Shown here piece after piece: positions 50,420 through 60,809 of a stretch of 64,000 bases of DNA. The DNA comes from Callorhinchus milii (taxonomy: Eukaryota), in assembly GCF_018977255.1 (NCBI RefSeq), contig NW_024704742.1:22818001-22882000 (forward strand), in the 5' to 3' direction. Within the stretch, counting starts at the first letter, position 1, and each line of letters begins with the position of its first letter. The position numbers were made by a program, and so were the translations under genes. Below the pieces are notes generated by a model, which was not told where the DNA came from, ran no database searches, and saw only the letters and a program-made list of their open reading frames with translations.

Positions 50420-53336
50420 CATGATCTTGCACCAAGCTGCACACACTAACTTCATGTCCTTGCGTAGCCTTTCGTAAGTGTTTCTAATCAGAGAATTAGT
50501 GTATAAATTATGCATACGCAACAACTGAAGCAGTGAGATGGAACATTTCTGCCAGCTGAGCTAAGCAGTAACTGTGTTTTTTCTCTTATGTTCTCGTCAT
50601 CATAGCTGACTGTGTTCCAGATTATACTGCATTCAGACTCAAGATAGTCCAAAATTTAACAGTAGAGATGGAAATTTGCCTTAGCCACTATCCCAAGTTT
50701 GTTCAACATCATCCAGCTGAGACAAACCAAGAGACAGGCAGTCTGATCAAACAGTCTGAGTAATAACGGTCACATTATAATAAACTGATCATCTCTTCTC
50801 TGCAGTCCCCTGATACCCAGTAAGAAGACTTCCCAGTAACATAAGTACAAGATTTCGTTCCGATGACTCGATTCACCACACCATTTCATCCGCTGACCCA
50901 ACCAAGAACTGATCAGTGTAAGGAAAACCAGCTAAGGAACAATAAGTGATTCTGGTATTTGACCTTGTGTTCTCCTGCTGCTGAGAAGCACGTCACACCC
51001 TTTTGAAATAATAACCGTAATTTAATGTGTTATCCACAAAATGGTAGCAGCAGGATTGTTGCCATTACCAGCAGACAAAAAAAGTAACAACTCACACAAG
51101 ATGACACATGGGCAAGATTTTTGGGCGGGCTTTCTAAAAACAGCTGAAATGAAGAGGTTGATTTTGTGTTATTTCTTACAGGTTTCCTTAATTAAGAAAC
51201 CCTGAATCCCATCGCAGTATTGCGCTCCAACTTAATCTATTTCAGAGCATCTGCTGCGAGTTGGATATGCTTCACGTGTGATATGCGTCCAGAAGGAAAC
51301 CCATTAATAAATATTGCAAGAATTGACCCAGTTGATTTTAAATTGCACATAACATTACAGCAGCAATGAGTGCTACCTTGTTACAATAGTTATTTAAATG
51401 TGAGAGGGGCTTTTGTTGGTGATATCATGCAAACCCTGTACATCAGGTCAGAGAAGGAAGATGTGGTTGGGACAGAAATAAATACAGGCAGAAATCAGGT
51501 AGACACAAACTCAGACAGAAAGTGGAAAATGTCAACTAGAAAAAGTTAATGAAAGTTAGAGGAAAATAATGAGATAATGATAGTGAGATATACGTACAGT
51601 AACATTCAATAATACGGCACGGAAACAGGCTATTCGGCCCAACTGGTCCACGCTGGTATTTATTCTCCACACTAGCCCCATCCCTCCTATTCCCCTGTCC
51701 TGTACTCCTCCATAGTTAAATAAAGAAACAAATGAACAGAAATGGGAAAGTAACAGCAAAGCAATGCTATAAAAATGAGAACTGTTAAAATGAAATTAAA
51801 TAAAAGAGAAGTAACCAAAGAAAAGTAAAGAGAAAGCAGAATGGGAGGGAGGGAGGGTAGCTATAGAGTACGTAATACTGTCTTAATTATCAAGCCTTGT
51901 ATTGTTAGATGCATTTAAAGGGCCGCTACTTGAAAACGGCTCCAGGCACCAGAAAAGTAAACAATTCTAGTTCATAATAGAAACAGTCTGCTTGTTTGAA
52001 TGGCGAGTCCTTGGTTTAATCCAACAAAAGCTCTTGAAAGCCTTTATGAATTGTACCACAAATCACCAGCATTGTCAAAACGTTGTATAGCTCCATACTT
52101 TTTTGTCTGTTTGTTTATAAACATAATACCTCTGACCCTTCAAGTCACTGCACGCTTGATCCTCAAACCTCAACCTCAGTTACCAAACAATCAATAATTC
52201 TGTGACTTTGTTCTCTCACTCAATGCCATATTGAAATTGGTTCTTGTTACTTTACATAACATGCTGCGGTCAATGCACCTAGAAATATTGAATACTGTAA
52301 TTGTATAAATTAAATTAACACCATGATCAAGCTGTAATTTTAATGGCACAACCTGTTCCTTTAACCTTAGCTGTCATTAGGCTGACAAAACTATTAGAGG
52401 AAATAGCTTCAGTGTTCCTTTTTAAACCTCATCAAAATTAAGTACCCGAGTTCTGAATGCTTTTCCAGTCAAGGCAACTAGTGTCAGCAACAAGCACTCT
52501 TAGGAATAATAAAGTAAAATTCTCTACAATGCCTAACAATGGGACTTAATTTAAACCAAACCTCAAAGGACTCCCTCCTCCCCCCACCAATATGAATCTT
52601 GCCCATTTCAAACATCTTCTATTCTTTTCCTGTTACTGTGCAACTGTGCAAACATGTCACATTCCCTGGGTCAATCACTGATTGATTCAGCACAATGCAC
52701 CAGGTAAAGCAAAAAAAAAGTGTTATCTATCTTTCTGCTGCCTTTACTAGACTTGAGAGTCACCATCAATGCTTCTTTTCAGCCCTCTGTTGGCAGTGAG
52801 CTAGGTAGGCTCTGTGCTTTCCGTTGCCATGGATAACAGTTGGGTGTAAGCAGAGGGAATGTGTCTGTAGGGAGCTGAAGACTAGGCGCAGAGGGTGGGG
52901 GTGGTCTGCTCTAGTTGGATCAATTTGTTCTGGAGTATGCAAAATATAGTAGCTTTCTAGTGTTTTGGAACTAATGAAAGTCCATGATTTTAGTTGCAAG
53001 CTGCTATAAGGTCTTGATCTGGCCTGTGTGGGGCAGCTCATCGTCAGTGATGTTATTCTGGTGCCAACCCTTACACTGTACACTGCACACAGCAACTGTG
53101 CATGATTGCCACAGTGGGGAGAGGGGTGATGGGCCCAGAGGCAAATTCAGTGCATGACAGGCCTGAGTAAAAATGACAACTATTTGAAAAAAGGGAATAT
53201 TAAAGGGAACTGGGGAGAACGTAAGGAGTGAAATAAGGTTAGATGGCTCATGTGAAGAAAAACACAAGCACAGACTCTGTGGGGCAAATTGCGCATTTCC
53301 TTCCAGTAACATTCTGTGATTCTGATTAAAGTCACT

Positions 53337-53656
53337 ATAATAATAATAATCCTTGCATTTGATATAGCGCTTTTCACGTCGGGAGGACGTCCCAAAGCAC
53401 TTCACAGAACACACTGCAAAGTGAATTGACTGTATATTTGTGGGCGAACGCGGCAGCCAATTGCGCACAGCAATGTCCCACAAATAGTCGAAGATTGAAA
53501 ATGACCAATTTATTATTGTTTTTGGTTTTGGAGGGATTATTATTAGGTGTGTGGTGTAAGGAAACTTGCCCAAGGTTTCGCCCTGACCTGCCTGGAATTG
53601 AACTCAGGTCTCTTGCTTGCAAAGCGAGTGCTCTAACCACTGAGCTACAGGACTCC
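53337..53656 (-). mobile_element. Full-length tRNA(Ala-like) SINE with TSD
   Basis: Head GGAGTCCTGTAGCTCAGTGGTTAGAGCACTCGCTTTGCAAGC; CACTAT at 53333-53338 and 53656-53661. Confidence 0.93.
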
Positions 53657-53661
53657 ACTAT

Positions 53662-53790
53662 GCTGTGGAACCTCAACCTGCCTGAAAGTGGTTTGAGGTT
53701 GAACCAACTCATTTCACATAGGTACATCTGGGCTGCTTTTGCACACTGTCCCACAGATGAAAAGACACTGTGTTGGCCCATTGTGACACT
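53662..53790 (-). mobile_element. Possible LF-SINE-like fragment
   Basis: 53703-53722 reverse-complements to CCTATGTGAAATGAGTTGGT, a block I recall from the LF-SINE consensus; flanks are degenerate. Confidence 0.5.
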
Positions 53791-54558
53791 CCATACACTA
53801 TAAATCTCTCCATAGTCTGCAGCTCACCAAATATACCAAGGCATTCATTCAGAAATCAAGGAATCCATTCATTTTGGGAAATAAAATCATATTTGAATGA
53901 CATTTGAGGTTAATTTAATAGCTACTGGTAAAGGTCCCTATTCATAAGGCTTCAACTGACTGCTAAAATCTCTCTCCACTCAATTTCTTCTTTACATAAA
54001 AACCATCAGAAAATCAGCCATTTGCAGAAGCGCAACTTTCCGAAAAGCTCCAGAAAATACTTTGTGAAAGAAGGTTGCCGTATTATTATTTTTTGTGTGG
54101 TTGTTACCCGTTTTGTTTTCATTCAAGACCCGACCGGGTTTAATAATGAAATCAATGCTTATCTCATCCAGATTGTTGTTAAAGAACACTCCTTTGCAAA
54201 TGCCTCTACTTGCCTCACTTTAGCAGTGGTGTTTTTCCGCTCTCTGTGTCAATGCTGTTTCCTGTCCCCATGCATCAGTCACTGATGAGAGCCACCTTTC
54301 TTCACACAGGCTTCACTAAGTGTTTCTCATTATTTTGATGCTATCAAAGTGCATAATGTCATTGATTTTGTGCAACAAAAATCCACGACCTCGCTGAAGC
54401 TTCTAAGATATTTTCTTTTTTTTTCCTTTTTGTTCAAAAAAAACCTCACAGCGCAAACTTTATTTAAAGAAATATTAGCTGCATTTTCTACATCACTTCA
54501 ATTCGCAATGCGCTTTGAGATGTCCTCCTGACATGAAATCTAAATTGTATTATATTGT

Positions 54559-55564
54559 AATGGCAGTTCTGGGCCTCTGTTTGGAGGGGAAAAAAGCATT
54601 GTTAGGTTTCTCAAAGTTAATTAACACGGTTGTAGTATTGAAGGATAAACTGTACATAAACTGCATTATGCCCCAGGATTAAGTTTTATTTTCTATTCAT
54701 GAATTACAACCAGGCAGAAGCAATGTCAATGCTCATGGAAGATTCCACAGCACAACATCACTCAAAGATCACAAACTGGGTTTGAATGAAGAAGGTTTCA
54801 GAATACGCATCTGATTGTTTTCCTATCAGAGCATCAAGATGCATTTTATTATTAATAATAATTAATAACTATTATTAATAATAATCTTTGCATTTGATAT
54901 AGGCCTTATTACATTGTTGAGATGTTTCAAAGCTCTTTGCAGAATATATTGTAAAGGGTGGTGACTGCGTATTTTGGAGGCAAAATAGTGCTCAATGTGA
55001 AATTGCCCTTTGCAAATCTAAACCTATGTCCTTTTCAAACCAGGTAGGATGGTCCCAGTGGTCAAGCAGCGGGTAGGGTTGCCAGACAAAGATATTAATG
55101 GCAAGCTCTGCAGTTTTACCTGGTTACAATCCCAACAGTACACCAACGCACGCTCTGGGGTTCCCAAACCTTGGCTCTTGCCTGTCTGTGTCAAATACTC
55201 TCCATAATTAGGTAAGCAGGATGCATCCTCCAGGGAGAGAGTGTGCATTCCATTGCAATATACAGGAATTTCCATGTGTAAGTGGAATGCATGGAGCTCT
55301 CAGTTTAGTTTGGATACTCTAAAGCAGGGTGATGGGTTTCCGCAGGTGTCAAAACGCCCGGCTGACCAAAGAAAAACACCTATGCCCTCTCATTCTACTG
55401 TCTGGGTACATCCGAAAATAGCTCAAAGGTATACATCTGTGGCATTTTCTGTCACTTTAATTCACAATGGCAGTTCTAGGCCTGTGCTGAAGAAAAACAT
55501 TGTTCAGTTCTTCAAAGTTAATTAACATTGCACTAGCAATGATAAACTGAACAAAAACTGCATT
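54559..55564. repeat. Diverged ~105-bp direct repeat pair (54559-54667 and 55466-55564)
   Basis: Shared AATGGCAGTTCT, CATTGTT, TCAAAGTTAATTAACA, GATAAACTG, AAACTGCATT in the same order. Confidence 0.85.
55062..55370 (-). repeat. Unclassified ~300-bp dispersed repeat, copy 2
   Basis: Reverse complement is collinear with 32739-33027. Confidence 0.9.
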
Positions 55565-56844
55565 CACCCAATCTCTCAAAGGGCAGGAAATGTGCAAGTG
55601 GGCTGCTATGGCGGTGGCGTGGGGCTGGGGGAAGGGAAAGGGTGGGGCGAGTCAGTCTACACCATGTTACATGTTCTGTAATAGCAGCACTTAGGGATTT
55701 TCCAAACCTTGATTTACAATGTTCTTCCATTCCTGTTTTCTTACCGTTTTTTCTCACTCCTCAAATTTTCTTTCTACCTCTCTCGAAACCTTTCTTCTTC
55801 TACTGAGGTACTGTGATTTCTCCCCTCCCGTCTACAAGCATCTCGTTGTCACATGGTGTAAGTGGTCCAAGCCTCAACTGAGAAAACACTAGTCCCAAAC
55901 ATATCAGGGCAAATTCAAGTACAAGCGCTTTGAGATGTCCTCCCAATGTGAAAGGCACTATATAAATGAGTATATACCTAAGAGCTCCGAAACACTACAC
56001 TGCATGAAGGGCACTATGTAAATGTAAATTTTGTTGGCAGTCAGCCTTGGGACGCAACACAAGCTCAGTTTAGGAGTCAAGAGCAGAATATTTTTAGTTA
56101 ATATAGCACTGAAATTTAAATAACAGTTTTACCTACTTCCAACAGCAAATATAATACGGTGGCTAATTAACATCCGAGTAGTACAGCTATAGTAATATTC
56201 CTGTATCACTGGCCCTTCCTCTCATATGATGGGATACAAAGCTTTTTACGGCAATTCCTGTTGTGCGTCTCCTAATAATTGTGATCTTTGGGCATAAATC
56301 AACAACAAGCATGGTCAATAATGAATACTATTATTATTATTGGTGAAAGGCGCTATACAAATGTAATCTTGTTGTTGTATTAGAGTACTGTGCATTCGAT
56401 GAAAATAATGTGCATACACAAATACAGGGATTATTACATACCCGTAACTCATTGATATATTGCAATGTCACAGAGCAGTTTTCATAACAGGTTGTTCTGA
56501 AGTGCAGAGACAGTTTTTATGCACGAAAACGCAGAAACTTAATCTACAACAATATCCCACAAACTCTTTTGAGATGAATGACACACCTCCTAGTGACTGG
56601 CCACACCTAAGTCTGGGAGCAGGTCCCTAGCACATTCTCTGGGGCAGAACATGTATGTGACGCGATTAAAGTCCAAAAGAAAGGGCGATCATTATCTTTT
56701 GGGAATTAGACTGTGATGGCGGATGTTTGTGGGCAGTGGTGGATACCACAGCTATGGCAAAAGCCGGAGCAATGTAAATGTTAAGCACATGTATAACTGG
56801 AATATATCTACCATAAGGTACATTATGGTGGTTATGGTTGCCGC

Positions 56845-57950
56845 ATCCCTTCTCACCTCAACCTGCACGGTTTTGTCCTTGAATGGTTCAGATCGTATCT
56901 CTCACGCTCCCTCCACTTCATCTCCACAAACGGTTTCAACTCTAGTCCCCGCAGCGTCTCGTGCTCCATCCTTGATCCCCTCCTCTTCAATATCTATATG
57001 CTCCCTCTTGGTGGCATAATCCGCAAACATGGGGTCAACTTCCACATGTATGCGGATGACACCCAACTCTACCTCTCTGCCTCCACCCTTGACTCCAGGA
57101 CCACTGCTGTCCTGACAGAATGTCTGTCGGACATCAAGTCCTTTCTTCAGTTAATAAGACTGAGGACCTCCTGATTGGCTTCCATCAGCACCTCCTCACC
57201 TCAGGCATTGACAGCATCACCATCTATGGTTGCACACTCCACCTTGCTAAGCCAGTCCGGAATCTTGGCATCTTGTTTGAGCCTCAACTATCATTTCTAC
57301 CCATATCCGTGCCAAGACCCGCTTTGCCTTCCCCCACCTCAGTAACATTGCCCGGCTCTGCCACGGTCTCACACCGCAGGCCGCCGAAACCCTCATACAC
57401 GCATTCATAACATCCATGCTTGACTATGCAAACTCCTTGCTTGTCGACCTCCCAACACCTCCCTCCATAGACTGCAGATCATCCAGAACTCTGCAGCCTC
57501 GCCCGACTCCACTGGCTTCCCATCACACAGAGGATACCGTTCAAGATCCCGATCCTCACCTTCAAAGCCCTCCATGGCCTTGCTCCCCAATACCTCTGCG
57601 ACCTCCTAACCCCCTACCATCCCGCTCGCTCCCTCCGCTCAGCGGGCTCTGACTTGCTTCATGTCGCCCGCCTCGCTCGTCAACACTATTGGCTGGCGGG
57701 CCTTCTTGTAATTCCCTCTGGAATTCCACGTTGCAGTTCTTCCACCTCACCCCCTCCCTTTGCTTCTTTAAGACCCATCTCAAGACCCTCCTCTTTGACC
57801 GTGCTTTCGATCACCCTGCTTCCCCCCCTGCCCTCCACCCTCCCCAATCCCGACCCCCAGCTCGGGTCCGAAACACTGACTGTCCAGCGGCTTGGAATGT
57901 CCTCCCAACGTGAAAGGCGCTTTACAAATGTAATTTTGTTACTGTTGTTG
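56845..57950 (+). mobile_element. 5'-truncated, decayed L2 LINE
   Basis: '[17 protein letters not shown]' (intact YADD at ~57050); sibling of 23755-24838; (GTT)n-like tail. Confidence 0.95.
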
Positions 57951-58385
57951 TATTATAATCAGCTGGAGTGAAATCTATGTTGTCTCACACTCACCCACGA
58001 TAACTTGGAATTTAAATGCCATTCAGAAAGCTTTGCATTACAACGTATTACTGGTTTCACCAGAGCAGTAGAATTGCTCTTATGATTTCCAATTCAAAGA
58101 GAAAGCCTACAGTTGTAGCAAAATACTCCAAACCAGCTGTTACTTTTTTTATTTCCTTATTTGGATGTTATTTTTAACAATTGCCATTTAATAATAATCC
58201 GTATATATGATATAATGCCTTATTACAGCAAAACCAGACTAACAATTTAATCTTATGAACACAGGTTTGCATGGCTCACAAGATCACACAAGAGTGAGGA
58301 TGAAGAAGTCCCTTCCTCACACCCCGCTTACTATCTTTCCTCATTTTGACACAGCCCCCTAACAAAGATTCTCTGCTTTCTTCCC

Positions 58386-58749
58386 AATTAATAATAATAA
58401 TCCTTGCAATTGATAATGCGCCTTATTACATCTTCTAGGCATTTCAAAGAGCTTCACAGAACATACTGTAAAGTGAATCGACTGTATATTTTGTGGCGAA
58501 ACACAGCAGTCAATTGCACACAGCAGTGTCCCACAAACAGTCGTGGATTGAGTGTTCCCCAAATTAATATTATTTTTTGAAGGGATTATTATCCCTGGAA
58601 AAGAAATCTGCCAATCGACTAACAACCGGGTTCCAACTTACTGTTAGGTAAACAGAGGCGTGTGGCGTAAGGAAACTTTCCCAACATTTCGCCGTACCTG
58701 GGAATTGAACCCAGGTCCTCTCGTTTACGAGGCAAGTGCTCTAACCACT
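58386..58749 (-). mobile_element. Young tRNA-SINE whose extreme 5' end is displaced to ~59251-59270 by an L2 insertion
   Basis: Ends 'gtgctctaaccact|'; the missing 'aagctacagaactccac' appears after the L2. Confidence 0.88.
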
Positions 58750-59222
58750 AACAACAACAAGATTCCATTTATAAAGCGCCTTTCACGTCAGGAGGACGTC
58801 CCAAGGCGCTGCACAGTTGGGTCATGACCCGAGCAGGGGGGAAATGGTCAGGGTGAGGGGAGGGAAGGGAGGGAGTGAGGAGGGGGGAAATGGTCAGGGT
58901 GAGGGGAGGGAAGGGAGGGAGCGAGGAGGGGGAAGAGAGTCGAGAGGGGAGCTGAAGGCTCGGTCAGAGAGAAAGGTTTTGAGACCGGCCTTGAAGGAGG
59001 AGAGGGAGGAAGCGGCGAAGGCACTGGGGGATGGAGTTCCAGAGCCTCGGGGCTGAGAGGCTGAAGGCCCGACCACCGATGGTAGGGCGATTGGGGCGGG
59101 GGACGTGGAGCAGACCGGAGCCGGAGGGTACGGGCAGGTAGGTAGGGGGATAGTAGGTTGGAGAGGTAGGAGGGAGCAAGGCCGTGAATGGCCTTGTAGG
59201 TGAGGATGAGGATCTTGAAATC
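58750..59222 (-). mobile_element. Young L2 3' fragment with two 46-bp units
   Basis: 'DFKILILTYKAIHGLAPSYLSNLL' in ORF 58848-59237; near-identical to 40710-41142. Confidence 0.95.
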
Positions 59223-59379
59223 AAAGGCTACAATCAAAGGCTGAAATCAAACTAAGCTACAGAACTCCACACAGGGGAAATCTATGTTCGTGTTTTGCCA
59301 TTGATACCCAATGTGTGTGGAGTGGCCTTTCATGTGGTACTTTGTTGAATACCTTTTGGAAATGCCTGATTACCCTTTT

Positions 59380-60610
59380 ACTGTTGTAATATTGAAAGAA
59401 TTTTGGGGGTTATATTTTGCATTTGCTACTATGTCCCTTTCAAGTTCTCTCTTTGCTTCTCTAATATTGTTTTTAACCTCTTTCTGTACAGTCTTATATT
59501 CAACCCAATGCTCACACTCTCCTTTCTTCCTAAGAGCTTCATAAATCTTCTTTGATCTCCCTTTTTATTTTCCTATTGATTTATTTTGGTGTGTTTTTGT
59601 TTATTTTGCCCTCGTTGCACTTTGGTATATGCATGTACTGCCTAATGTTCCTTAGCAATATCCATTTATCCTCAACTAATTTGTCATTGAGTTATGTCTG
59701 CCAGTCTCTTAGCTCAGCCCTCATACCCCTGAAGTTTGCCCTCCTAAAGTTGTACGCCCAAGAGTGTGGTTCACCTCCCCTTTCGACTCTTTACCCCTCC
59801 TCGCTCCCTCCCTTCCCTCCCCTCACCCTGACCATTTCCCCCCTGCTCGGGTCCCGACCCAACTCTCTAGCGCCTTGGGACGTCCTCCCGATGCTCTATA
59901 AACGCAATCTTGTTGTTGTTGTTGTTGGTTGCAATTCTGGTGCTTTTCCCCCCAAACTTAAACTGGAAGTTATTAAGCTGTGGTCACTGTCCCCTAGTGG
60001 ATGAACTACTTCTACTTCCTGGAACAAAGTCAAGAAGAGAACTGCACCTTGTGGACTCCCTGATATTTTGCGTCAGGAAGCAGTCATGCGCTACTTTTAC
60101 AACCTCAGAGACTTTTGTAATCAGCATTCTCGGTTGGGCTATGCCTATGCCCTCTTATTCGGCTGATTGAAGACCCCATCAGTACTACCTTCTGTTTCTC
60201 ACATATTTTCCTAATTTTATCATACAGTGTCAAATCATTCTCCCTGCTTTGACCTGCTACGCTATAGCAAACCCCAAATATTAGTGAAGCCTTTTCTCAT
60301 TGAGCACATCCAGAGGATTTTATAACTTGATTGATCCTGTGATATTGGCTCAACAACCTTAACCTCCCAGGTATCTCTTACATATATGGAAACCCCTTCA
60401 CCTTTTCTATCGCTCCGATCTTTCCTGAATAGCCTGCATCCTTATAAGTTAGATTCACTTCCACCATCCTGGTTCAGCCATGGTTCTCTGATTCCTACCA
60501 CATCGGAATTACATGTTGTAACCGTTGCCTCAAGTGCACAATTTTGTTACAGATGCTTCTAGCATTAATATATATGCACCTAATTGTACTCTTTTTTTCC
60601 CCTTTAACCT
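59380..60610 (-). mobile_element. Old CR1 ORF2 N-terminal fragment (APE endonuclease + linker), interrupted by an L2 tail at ~59771-59927
   Basis: 'CIYINARSICNK' (CR1 endonuclease start), 'LGDSDHS', 'YNFRRANFRGMR', 'NIREAKRELERDIVANAKYNP'; many stops and frameshifts. Confidence 0.85.
59771..59927 (+). mobile_element. Short L2 3' end with a single 46-bp unit
   Basis: Reverse complement of part of 58750-58950; (GTT)n tail; TGGTT at both ends. Confidence 0.88.
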
Positions 60611-60691
60611 TCCTGTCTGGTTGCTTGGTCTTGTGATTTGATGCTTTCTGGGATCCATACACTCTTGAGATAAGTATTTCCACTCTACAGG

Positions 60692-60809
60692 GTACGTTTC
60701 GCCCACAAAATATACAGTCAATTCACTTTACAGTATATTCTATGAAGCGCTTTGAGACTACTTGAAAACGTGTTACGGCACTATATCAAATACAAGGATT
60801 ATTATTATT
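60692..60809 (+). mobile_element. 3' fragment of the young tRNA-SINE
   Basis: 'cgtttcgcccacaaaatatacagtcaattcactttacag...aaggattattatt'. Confidence 0.9.

Noticed and set aside
53004..53803. 189-, 135- and 125-aa overlapping ORFs
   Set aside because: Read-through of a SINE; the same peptides (e.g. IQSIHF..VK.F, RYIKCKDYYY) recur at other SINE copies.
59552..60004. Hydrophobic 150-aa ORF suggesting a membrane protein (also 42902-43195)
   Set aside because: Antisense of A-rich CR1 sequence or T-rich low-complexity DNA, plus an L2 tail.
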